Source: Thermoanaerobaculia bacterium (GTDB taxonomy: Bacteria; Acidobacteriota; Thermoanaerobaculia; UBA5066). From it: DNA of 64,000 nucleotides. Made by a program: the position numbers and the translations under genes. The DNA is taken from the NCBI GenBank assembly GCA_963816185.1, contig CAWFJJ010000030.1, forward strand, positions 320,001-384,000. The letters are read 5' to 3'. Shown here one piece after another: positions 40,416-48,854 of this stretch. The notes beneath the pieces are model-generated. The model saw only the letters and a list, made by a program, of their open reading frames with translations. It was not told the origin of the DNA and did no database searches. Each line of letters opens with the position of its first letter. The stretch's first letter is position 1.

Positions 40416-41437
40416 GCTTGGTTCTCGTCGCCGGAGGAGCCGGACTCCTCGGATCCGCCCTCGTCCGGAGGCTTCTCGGCACCGGCGAGGGGGTCGTCCT
40501 GCTGGACACGTTCGACGATGCCGGAGAGGGCCGCATGAAAAAGGAAGCGCGCATCGCCGGGTTCTCGCGTCACCCGCGCGCAGCCGTCGTGCGGGGCGAC
40601 GCGACCGATCCCGCGTTCCTCACGAGCGTGCTGGCCGAGCACCGGCCCTCGTCGATCGTGAACGCGACGCTCCTTCCGCCGGACGGCCCCGGGTTGGGCC
40701 CGCTCCTCGAGAGCGCCCGCGGCGCAGGGATCGGAATCTTCGTCCATCTTTCGGACGGCAGGCTCTACGGGCCGCGCGACGAGGCGGGGCGGCGCGCAAG
40801 AGAGGACGAAGCGACAGAGCCCGGCGACGACCTCGATCTCGGCGCGAAAGCGGCCGAAGAGGAAGCCCTTCTCGCTTCCGGCATGCCCTTCGTCAACCTC
40901 CGGGTGTTCTCCGCCGTCGGACCGGGCGGCGGGCCGGTGAGGTTCCCCCAAGACGCGCTGGAGGCGCTCTTCGGCGGCGAAAAGGTCGTCCTTCCGGACG
41001 ACGCGCCACGGGATTTCGTGCACACCGAGGACGTCGTCCGAGGAATCCTGTTCGCGATCGCGCGGAGGCCGCTCGGCGAGACCGTGAATCTCGGGTCGGG
41101 ACTCGCCGTCCGTCCCTCTGAAATCGTCCAGGCGCTCGCGCTGCGCGCGGCCCGCGAGGCGCGCATCTCGATCTCCGGAGAATCGCCGCGTCCGCCGCGC
41201 ATCGCGGATCTCGAGAAAGCCTGGCAGACGCTCGGCTACGCCCCGCAGCTCGGGATCGGCGACATCGCCTGGGAGATCGTGCGCGCGCGCCAGTACCCCG
41301 AAGAGGCCGGCCGCGGCGTGCGCCCCGCAGAGACGTCCCGGGCGCCCGCGGAGGCCCTGAGACCCGTCTCACGCCGCGAGCTCTTCGGGTTCTTCCGCAG
41401 GCCGTTCGACGCCGCCACGAAAAGGCGCGACCGCTAG
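40412..41437 (+). CDS. NAD-dependent epimerase/dehydratase-like protein with degenerate active site
   Basis: GGAGLLG, NLRVFSAVGP, RDFVHTEDV, NLGSG; YxxxK replaced by DLGAK. Confidence 0.8.
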   Translation: MSLVLVAGGAGLLGSALVRRLLGTGEGVVLLDTFDDAGEGRMKKEARIAGFSRHPRAAVVRGDATDPAFLTSVLAEHRPSSIVNATLLPPDGPGLGPLLESARGAGIGIFVHLSDGRLYGPRDEAGRRAREDEATEPGDDLDLGAKAAEEEALLASGMPFVNLRVFSAVGPGGGPVRFPQDALEALFGGEKVVLPDDAPRDFVHTEDVVRGILFAIARRPLGETVNLGSGLAVRPSEIVQALALRAAREARISISGESPRPPRIADLEKAWQTLGYAPQLGIGDIAWEIVRARQYPEEAGRGVRPAETSRAPAEALRPVSRRELFGFFRRPFDAATKRRDR

Positions 41438-41492
41438 CTCGCCCGCGGGCTCCGCCCACGCCGGAGAAAGGCGGGCGAGCGAACGATCATTT

Positions 41493-41519
41493 CGGGGGAA
41501 CCCCGATCGGGTTCCCCCG
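41493..41519. terminator. Strong hairpin between convergent genes (terminator or REP-like)
   Basis: CGGGGGAACCC-CGATC-GGGTTCCCCCG perfect 11-bp stem; no clear U-tract. Confidence 0.4.
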
Positions 41520-41577
41520 TTCCCCCTCCTCTGACGCGAAAGACATAGATCTCCTGGACAGCCTCTTAGCTTCCCGA

Positions 41578-42486
41578 TCAGTCGCAGATCCGGAGGTTCG
41601 AGTCGGCGAACTTGCTCGCGACCTCCGGGGCGTGCGCATGTCCCGAGCAGCAGAACCGGGCGACGTCGTCCTTGTGAATGCGGCCTCCTGCCTTCGCGCA
41701 GTAGTCCGCGAAGACGACGATCCCGGTCGCGTTCGGCTTGCTGAAATCGACGTTGCGCCTCCACGAATAGTCCGCAAGCCGGTTCAGGGCCCGGTTCCAC
41801 TCCGCGACGCAGTTCCCGTCGTTCCCCGTGATGGCGTCGAGCGGGCCGGCCTGGCAGGCCATCCCGTGCGGATGGCTCGAGCAACACTGGTCGTGGAGCC
41901 AGCTTCCGCTGTTGATCGAGCAGCTCCCGAAGCTGCAAAGCGCAGCGATGGGAATGCCGAACTGCGCGCCTCCGCAGCCCGCGCCGAGTGCGCCGAAGCA
42001 GAACTCTGTCTTTCGCTTGAAGACAACCGGGACCGTCGGGAGAGTCTGAGGCACGGGCGTCTTCTCGAGGACGAACGGCGTCGGCACGATCACGGTTCCC
42101 CTGCCGCCAGGCACCGCCGGCCCCTGAGGGAGCGGCTGGACCGTGATGGAGCCCGAGCAGGTCGGACCGCCGGCGGCGAGCCGGAGCGTCAGCGCCGCGT
42201 GGGAGCCGCTCGGGACGACCGATGCCTCGGCGCCCCGCCCGAGATGGCTCGCAGTCACGAGGATCGCGCTCGACGGCACCTGGGCGAACGCCGCCTCGCC
42301 GGCCGCATTCGTGAGCGCGGTCCCGATCGCCGCGCGGTTCGAGAGCGATCCGAGGCAGACCCGGGCGCCGGAGACGGGGGCGTTCCCGTCCAGGACCGTC
42401 ACCGCGAGCGCCCCCGCGGCGGCGCGGGCTCCCAGAAGGATGGCCAGACTGGAAGCGGCACCAACCGACACTCGCCTACGCGTCAT
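41578..42486 (-). CDS. Secreted protein: Ig/carboxypeptidase-regulatory-like domain, Pro-rich linker, Cys-rich C-terminal domain
   Basis: Signal peptide, PVSGARV...TNAAGEAAF, C-terminal domain with many Cys including WLHDQCC. Confidence 0.75.
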   Translation of the reverse strand: MTRRRVSVGAASSLAILLGARAAAGALAVTVLDGNAPVSGARVCLGSLSNRAAIGTALTNAAGEAAFAQVPSSAILVTASHLGRGAEASVVPSGSHAALTLRLAAGGPTCSGSITVQPLPQGPAVPGGRGTVIVPTPFVLEKTPVPQTLPTVPVVFKRKTEFCFGALGAGCGGAQFGIPIAALCSFGSCSINSGSWLHDQCCSSHPHGMACQAGPLDAITGNDGNCVAEWNRALNRLADYSWRRNVDFSKPNATGIVVFADYCAKAGGRIHKDDVARFCCSGHAHAPEVASKFADSNLRICD

Positions 42487-42605
42487 GTCTCATCTCCCCA
42501 AGGTAAGCGCATTCCGGCTCCCTCGTGGCTCGCGCCGCGGCGCGCGAGGGTCCGTCGCTGATCCGATCCCTTCTCTCCACCGGCCGCGTGCGCACGCGCT
42601 GACGA

Positions 42606-43229
42606 TCAGCGCCGGAGCGTGAACGTGCTGGCGGGCAGCGCTTCGCCGCCGCCGAGCACGATCCACGTGTACGTCGTCCCAGGGCGGAGCTTCGCACGCT
42701 CCGCTTCGGGAAATGCGACGGGCTTCCCCGGGTCAGACGGGACGCTCGTCCAGACGTAGCGCCTTTCTGCGTCGAAGACGCTCACGCGCACGCTCGCGGC
42801 GCCGCTCCGCGGGAACCGGAATTCGGCCGGCGGGGCCGCGATTTCACCCGAAGGGGAGAAGGCGCCGGGCGACGCAACGCCGCCGCGCAGCACGTCGGCC
42901 CCCCGGCGCGGGAGGAACATGACGAGCGCGACGGCCAGGCACACGGCGGCCGCCGTCGCAAGGGCAGTCATGGAGCCGAACACCGGGCGCCTCGGCACGG
43001 GCGCTCCGGCGAATTTCGTCCACGCAGCCCGGGCCCGGCGCGCTTCGTCTCCGAAAAGACCCGGCGGCCGCGCGTCGAACTGCTCGAGCGCGGCCAGCTC
43101 CGCGCTGCAGTCGGCGCACGTCGCCGCGTGGGCGAGCACCTCGGCCGACGCCTCGCTTTTCGGAGAGGCGTGGGCGCGGTAGAGGGACTCGGCGTCGGGA
43201 TGCGGCCCGCGCGGTTTCGGTGGGATCAA
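42606..43229 (-). CDS. Membrane-spanning zinc-finger anti-sigma factor
   Basis: HPD...HAATCADC (HxxxCxxC), one TM, periplasmic beta domain; TTG start overlaps the sigma stop. Confidence 0.8.
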   Translation of the reverse strand: MIPPKPRGPHPDAESLYRAHASPKSEASAEVLAHAATCADCSAELAALEQFDARPPGLFGDEARRARAAWTKFAGAPVPRRPVFGSMTALATAAAVCLAVALVMFLPRRGADVLRGGVASPGAFSPSGEIAAPPAEFRFPRSGAASVRVSVFDAERRYVWTSVPSDPGKPVAFPEAERAKLRPGTTYTWIVLGGGEALPASTFTLRR

Positions 43230-43735
43230 GAGAGCACCTCGCGCAGCCGCCGCCTCGCGTTCCAGACCTGCACCTTCACGGTGCCGGACGACAGCGAGAG
43301 GCGCTCGGCGATCTCGTCGTACGGCAGCTCCTCCTGCACGCGCAAGAGGAAGCAGGCACGCATCCGGGCCGGCAGGGCCGCGAGGCCGTCGCGGACGCGG
43401 TCGAGCTTCTCTTTCTCGACGACTTCGCGCTCGGGAGACGGGGCCGCGCCCTCGAGGTCGCGGTTCTCGAGAGCCTCGGCCCGCGAATCGTCGTTCCGAC
43501 GCCACGCGTCGCGGGCCACGTTCCGGGCGACGCTGTAGACCCAGGGAGCGAAAAGTGTAATGTCTCGCACCTTCCCTCTCCCCCGGTAGACGTTCAGGAG
43601 CGCCGTCTGGCATAGATCGTCGGCGTCTTCGACAGCGAAGCCGAGGGAGCGGAAGTATCGGAAGAGCCTCGGGTGGTACTCGAGAAAGACCTCGCGGAAG
43701 TCGCCGAGCGTCGCGGCCGGACTCTCGGTGCTCAT
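43226..43735 (-). CDS. ECF sigma-70 family RNA polymerase sigma factor
   Basis: DADDLCQ, FAPWVYSVARN, LPARMRACFLLR, YDEIAERLSLSSGTVK. Confidence 0.92.
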   Translation of the reverse strand: MSTESPAATLGDFREVFLEYHPRLFRYFRSLGFAVEDADDLCQTALLNVYRGRGKVRDITLFAPWVYSVARNVARDAWRRNDDSRAEALENRDLEGAAPSPEREVVEKEKLDRVRDGLAALPARMRACFLLRVQEELPYDEIAERLSLSSGTVKVQVWNARRRLREVLS

Positions 43736-46700
43736 CGTCCGTCTCCGAACAGCTCGAAAGCGGCCCAGTGCCAGGGGCGCGCGAACTCCGCGCCCGCCTC
43801 GCCCGAGATGAGGGCGCGCTGGGCGCTCCGGAGAGCGTCGTCCTTGCGCTGCCCGCGCGCGAGGCCGCGGTAGAAGCGGGTCATCAGCTCCTTCGTCGAA
43901 CGGTCCGACACGGACCATAGTGAAGCCGCTACCGTCCGTGCACCGGCGATCTGGAAAGCGCGCGTAAGACCCACGAGCCCTTCCCCGCCGCCGCCCGAGC
44001 CGAGCCCGGTTTCGCAGCCTGACAGCGTGACGAGGTCCGCGTCGAGGCGCATCGAATCCACGATGTCCCACGCGGAAAGCAGTCCCGCCGTGCCCGCGCT
44101 CGGTTCGCCCGTGTCATCGGGCGCAAGGGCGAGGGCCGACTCCATCGGGAAACGGAAATCCACGAGGGCGTGCGTCGCGAAGTGGACGTATCGAACGAAG
44201 CGGCCGAGCCGGTGCGCGCGCTCGCGCGTGGCCGTCTTTCCCGTGAAGACGACCTTCGGCCCCATCCAGAGGCCGGCGATCGCCTTTGCCTCTTCTCGGG
44301 CGCCCGGGAGCGGTGCGAGGCCCTTTCGATAGCGCGCGAGCGGCGCGCTCTCGGCTCCGCGGACCACGTCGCCGAACGCCGTCCCGGCAGAGGCCTGATC
44401 GGCCGCCTCGGGAAGCGCCGGATCCGCAAAGACGACGAGCCGGGCGGGCCCCCTCGTGCCGGCCGCGTGCCGCATCTCGGCGAACGCCGTGGCCGAAGGC
44501 GCGACGACGTAAGGCAAGCGCTCGGCGAGCCACGAGCCGTCACCCCCGGGGGCGACGATCGCGCCGAAAGGCAGAGTCAGGAGCGGCCCGTCGGGGGCGA
44601 GGAGAAGCCGTTCGGCGCGCGCGAGCGAAGCCGCGGCCGGCCCCAGGAGCAGCGCGCCGAGCTGCCCGGCCTGTACGCGGGCTCGGGCCGCCTCGGGCTC
44701 GCCGGAGACGAGGAGACTGCGGTAGATCTCGACTTCGCGCCGAAGAGAGTCGGCCCCCTCCGCGATCGTCCGGACTTCCAGGCTCTTCTTGTCTTCGCCG
44801 GAGCCGGGAGACACGACGAACAGCAGAGTTCGCGAAGGCTCGACCGCCCAGGCGAGAAAGAGCGTCCCTGGGTCGAGGACCGCGCGGATGCCCGCGAGGT
44901 CGAGCGGCTGCGGATGGAGCGCGCGCGCGAGGAGAGGATCCGACGCCGCGAGCAGCGAGACGAGCCCGGCGCGGTCGGTCCGAAGATCGCGGAGCTTCGC
45001 TTCCGCCGCCTCGAGCTTCGCCGCGTCCTTCTCGGGATCGAGAGAGGCGAGAGACTTCTCCGCCTCCGCCTCGGCGGCAGCCAATTCTCCACGCCGCTTC
45101 GCGAGCGCCTCGGGAAGGCGGCCGGCGATCGAGTCCCGCGTCTTGAGCATCGACAGCAGGCGTCGCGCGCGCGAACGCTCGAGGACGTGGAGCGCATCGG
45201 CCTCGCGCCCGCGGGCCAGGAGGAAGTCGATGTAGTCCCGGTAGACGTCGGCGGTCCACGTTGCGAACGCGGCGGCGCCGTCGTACGCGACGCCGAGCCG
45301 GTCGGCCTGCTCCTCGAGGGCGGAAAGGCCGCTCTCGAATGATCGCTCGGCTCCCGCGTCGTCCCCGCTCTCGGCGAGGACCTTCGCGAGGACGTCCCAC
45401 GCGGAGGCCTCGGCCGAGGATCCCGGCACGATCCTCCGGTGAAACTCGGCGGATTCCCTCGCGAGCGGCAGGGCCTCGGCCGCCTTCCCCTGTGCGAGCA
45501 GCGCCTCCGCCAGCGACCGGCGTGCTCCGGCCGTCGGGAGGGCGCGCGGGGCGAGCCGCGCGCCGATTGTGAGCGCTGACTTCAGATGCTCTTCTGCCGC
45601 GGGCCACTCCCCGACGCTCGACTCGATCTCGGCCACTCGCACGAGATTGGAGGCCTCGAGGAGGGAGCCCGGAGCCAGCTTTCTCGCCCCGTCGAGGGCG
45701 CGCCGACCCAGCGCCCTCGCCTCGTCGGGCCGCCCTCCGAGAAGCGTCACGCGCGCGAGGTCCGACAGGGACGCCACGACGTCGCGACCCTCCGGCGCGA
45801 GCGTCTCGCGGATCGCGAGGGCCTTGCGGTGGCGCTCCTCGACCAGCGCGAAGTCGCCGCGCTCGAGCGCCACGTTTCCGAGGTTCGCCGTGATGCCGGC
45901 GACGTTCATCGAGCCCGGTGCCGCCCGTTCGAAGCGGACTGCGGCCTGTCCATAGGCCTCTTCGGCCCCGCCGAGGTCGCCTCGCTGCTTGAGGATGACG
46001 CCGAGGCTGTTCCATATCGCTGCCGCCAAGGCGCCCTCTGGATCGCGCTCGAGGACGATCGCGAGTGCGCGGCGCTGGTCGGCCTCCGCGGCGGCGAAGT
46101 CACCCCTCATCCTCGCGATCGTGCCGAGGCCGTTGTAGCAGGACTCGGCGATGTCGCCTTTCGGCGCGAGTCGCGAGGCGATCGCGAGGGCCCTCGTGAG
46201 ACGGTGGCGGGCCTCGTCGAGGTCGTCGCGACGCGTCGCAAGCCCGCCAATGCTCAGGAGGATGCGGGCGTGCTCGAGGGACCCTGGCGCACTCTTCTCG
46301 ATCATCGCGAGCGCGTTCCGGACGAGCTCTTCGCCTTCCTTCTCCTGCCCCTTGAAGTTGCCGAGGAAGAGGCCGAGCGCGGCGAGCGCCAGCGCCTGCG
46401 GCGGCCCGCCAGCGTCCGTCCGCGCGCGGATCGCGAGGGCCTCGCGGAGCGCCTCCTCGGCGCCCTTGCCGTCCTGGAGGAAGATGAGCGTGCGGGCCTC
46501 GGAGCGCAAGACGAGGGCGCGGAGCCGGTCGTCCTTGGTCCGGAGGCTCGCCTCGCGAGCGGCCTCCCATTCGATCTTCGCGTCGGCGTAGCGGGCCTTG
46601 GCCGAAAGTTCGGCGGCGCGCTCGAGCGTCTGCCAGAGCGCCATATCTCCCTCAACGTCTGGCCGCGTCCTCAACCGCCACTCGCCGCCGCCGAGCCGCA

Positions 46701-46983
46701 CGACGGCCCTCTTCCCGGAGCGCGTATAGGCGACCGTGATCGGACCCCGCGGAACCTGCGCGAGCTCGAGGTCGTCGACTTCCCATGGGGCGAGGAACGC
46801 GCCGGATGCCGCGGTCGACGACTTCGTCGCAGCGCGTCGCCACGAGACGAGACGATCGCCGGGTTTCAGGTGTGCCTTCGCGGCCTCGCCGCCGGGCCTC
46901 GCCTCGACCACCACGACGTCCGCCCTGCCGGCCGAGCCGAAGGCCAGAACGGCGGCGGCAGCGAGGAGGCGTGGACGGGTCAT
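43732..46983 (-). CDS. Exported PDZ-like + TPR + CHAT (caspase-like) protease
   Basis: Signal peptide, AKAHLKPGDRLV PDZ-like segment, TPR array, CHAT motifs PDGPL, HFATHA, LSGCETG, SLWSVSD, WAAF. Confidence 0.92.
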   Translation of the reverse strand: MTRPRLLAAAAVLAFGSAGRADVVVVEARPGGEAAKAHLKPGDRLVSWRRAATKSSTAASGAFLAPWEVDDLELAQVPRGPITVAYTRSGKRAVVRLGGGEWRLRTRPDVEGDMALWQTLERAAELSAKARYADAKIEWEAAREASLRTKDDRLRALVLRSEARTLIFLQDGKGAEEALREALAIRARTDAGGPPQALALAALGLFLGNFKGQEKEGEELVRNALAMIEKSAPGSLEHARILLSIGGLATRRDDLDEARHRLTRALAIASRLAPKGDIAESCYNGLGTIARMRGDFAAAEADQRRALAIVLERDPEGALAAAIWNSLGVILKQRGDLGGAEEAYGQAAVRFERAAPGSMNVAGITANLGNVALERGDFALVEERHRKALAIRETLAPEGRDVVASLSDLARVTLLGGRPDEARALGRRALDGARKLAPGSLLEASNLVRVAEIESSVGEWPAAEEHLKSALTIGARLAPRALPTAGARRSLAEALLAQGKAAEALPLARESAEFHRRIVPGSSAEASAWDVLAKVLAESGDDAGAERSFESGLSALEEQADRLGVAYDGAAAFATWTADVYRDYIDFLLARGREADALHVLERSRARRLLSMLKTRDSIAGRLPEALAKRRGELAAAEAEAEKSLASLDPEKDAAKLEAAEAKLRDLRTDRAGLVSLLAASDPLLARALHPQPLDLAGIRAVLDPGTLFLAWAVEPSRTLLFVVSPGSGEDKKSLEVRTIAEGADSLRREVEIYRSLLVSGEPEAARARVQAGQLGALLLGPAAASLARAERLLLAPDGPLLTLPFGAIVAPGGDGSWLAERLPYVVAPSATAFAEMRHAAGTRGPARLVVFADPALPEAADQASAGTAFGDVVRGAESAPLARYRKGLAPLPGAREEAKAIAGLWMGPKVVFTGKTATRERAHRLGRFVRYVHFATHALVDFRFPMESALALAPDDTGEPSAGTAGLLSAWDIVDSMRLDADLVTLSGCETGLGSGGGGEGLVGLTRAFQIAGARTVAASLWSVSDRSTKELMTRFYRGLARGQRKDDALRSAQRALISGEAGAEFARPWHWAAFELFGDGR

Positions 46984-47040
46984 CGATAGATCCTGCCCGG
47001 GGATCTTAGTGCGGCCCGAAAACGCGACGGGCCGGCCCCG

Positions 47041-47092
47041 AAAAAGACGAAAAGTCTCTATGCCGCTGGCTCGCGCCTGTCGTCTTTCCCGT
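47041..47092 (+). promoter_or_regulatory. Conserved bipartite upstream motif copy 1 (ECF-promoter-like)
   Basis: AAAAAGACGAAAAGTCTCTATGCCGC-N14-CGTCTTTCCCGT, repeated at 48789. Confidence 0.65.
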
Positions 47093-47135
47093 ACGAATTC
47101 GGTGCAGACAAGAGGCGCCGCGAGGAGGAGAAGGT

Positions 47136-48746
47136 ATGCGAACAGAAGCACGGAGACTGGTAATCGCCTTCGGCGCGGGCGCCATCCTCGGCGGGTGTCT
47201 CCTAAGCGGGTTTGCCCGCGCGCAGGAGCAGCCCCTCCCCCCTCGAGTGGGTCACGAGGAGACCCTAAATGCCCGGGCGACGCTCGCGGGTCGGCCCGTG
47301 TCGCGTTCGCCCGAGCCTCTCAGTCTCATGTCTCCTCAGGACCGGCGACAAGCCGTAGACGCGTACTGGGGAGAAGGGCTATCGACGGCGGACAAGCTCG
47401 TGTTATTCGACAAGTTCTGGCGGTACGCAGACGGGAAGTTCGCCGCGTTCCAGGGAATCGACGTGGACTGGGCCGCTCTTCGAGACCGTTATCGGGCGGA
47501 AATCGCGGCGGGCGTCAGCCGGGGCCGGTTCGCCGGAATCATGAATCACCTGTCCCTCGCGCTCCGTGACAGCCACACGGTGGCGCTCGACGTTCCCGTC
47601 AACCTCTTCACCGTGTCCCAGCCTGGGGTGCCGCTGCTCGCGCTCAGCGCCTGGACCTATGACACCTCCGGCACTTGCGAGACCGCGCTGGCGGACGGGT
47701 CGGCCCTGGTGTACTCGGCGGTCCCCGGACATCCTCTCGGACTCGAGCCGGGCGACCGGATCCTCGGCTACGACGGAAGGCCGTGGCGGGAGCTGTATCA
47801 GGAGCTGTTGAGCGAAGAGCTGCCGCTGTGGCCCCTGTGGTGGGGGTCGTCCCCCAGCTCCTTCGACCATTCGTTCGTGATGGCCGCCGCCATGAACTGG
47901 CACCTTTTCGACACCATGGACATCGCGAAGCACGGCAGCGGCCAGGTCGTTCACGTGCCGACGAGCCTCATGCCGGGCGTGATCTGGCACGGGTTCTGTT
48001 CGGAACAGATGAACATCCCGGGTGTCCCGAAGCCCGCGGACTTTTTCAACCTCGATTTCGTCAGCTCGGGCATCGTCGCAGGTACACACATCGGCTACAT
48101 CTACGTCTGGGGCTGGGTTGGAAACGCGGAGCAGGATTTCGCGCAGGCGGTGAATAACCTCACACAAGTCGAGCACGTCGACGGGCTCATCCTCGACTTC
48201 CGATTCAACGAAGGCGGATATATCAACGCGCCATTCCACGGTCTCGCCGAGCTGTTCGCACATCCGGCGCCGACGATGGGCTACGACGACCGAAAGTACC
48301 CGGCCGACCACCTCAAGATGAAACGCCTTTCGCCGCCGAGCGCGTTCAACATGGACTTCACCCCTGACGGCAGCCGCGTCAAGGCGTCCTACGGCGGCCC
48401 GATCGCTGTGCTGGTTGGCCCTGGTGCCGTCAGTGCCGGAGACTTGAGCTCGTTTTGGGCGACGTTCCTTCCGCGCGTCCGCACATTCGGGAAGCCCACA
48501 TCGGCGGCATTCACGATTCCGACCCAACCCGCACTCGGGACGAGCCTCGATCTGAACCCGGACTGGGATACGAAGGTCGGCGAAGCAAACGCATTCGCCG
48601 TCGGCGCGCCGCACGACTATCTGACCCACCGCGAATTCCCGGTCGATGAACTCGTCTGGCTGAAGCCCGACGACGTCGCTGTGGGGAAGGATACGGTCGT
48701 GGAGGCGGCGCTGAGCTGGATTCGTCAGCAAGTCGGGGGCAAGTAG
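47136..48746 (+). CDS. Exported S41 family peptidase (tricorn-C1/PDZ-like plus catalytic domain)
   Basis: Signal peptide, VDWAALRDRY, LRDSHT, IGYIYV, LILDFRFNEGG, AVSAGD. Confidence 0.85.
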   Translation: MRTEARRLVIAFGAGAILGGCLLSGFARAQEQPLPPRVGHEETLNARATLAGRPVSRSPEPLSLMSPQDRRQAVDAYWGEGLSTADKLVLFDKFWRYADGKFAAFQGIDVDWAALRDRYRAEIAAGVSRGRFAGIMNHLSLALRDSHTVALDVPVNLFTVSQPGVPLLALSAWTYDTSGTCETALADGSALVYSAVPGHPLGLEPGDRILGYDGRPWRELYQELLSEELPLWPLWWGSSPSSFDHSFVMAAAMNWHLFDTMDIAKHGSGQVVHVPTSLMPGVIWHGFCSEQMNIPGVPKPADFFNLDFVSSGIVAGTHIGYIYVWGWVGNAEQDFAQAVNNLTQVEHVDGLILDFRFNEGGYINAPFHGLAELFAHPAPTMGYDDRKYPADHLKMKRLSPPSAFNMDFTPDGSRVKASYGGPIAVLVGPGAVSAGDLSSFWATFLPRVRTFGKPTSAAFTIPTQPALGTSLDLNPDWDTKVGEANAFAVGAPHDYLTHREFPVDELVWLKPDDVAVGKDTVVEAALSWIRQQVGGK

Positions 48747-48788
48747 CGGACAAGCCCGGTCTCCGAGACCACGGCGAACTGGTCCAGC

Positions 48789-48840
48789 AAAAAGACGAAA
48801 AGCCTCTATGCCGCCCGCCCGTCTCGCCCGTCTTTCCCGT
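48789..48840 (+). promoter_or_regulatory. Conserved bipartite upstream motif copy 2 (ECF-promoter-like)
   Basis: AAAAAGACGAAAAGCCTCTATGCCGC-N14-CGTCTTTCCCGT; 25/26 and 12/12 identical to copy 1, spacer unrelated. Confidence 0.65.
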
Positions 48841-48854
48841 TGAAGGGGGCTTCC

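Noticed and set aside
43732-46983. Type III-E CRISPR (Craspase) locus
   Set aside because: No Cas7-11, Csx30/31 or array in the window, and this CHAT protein carries a signal peptide
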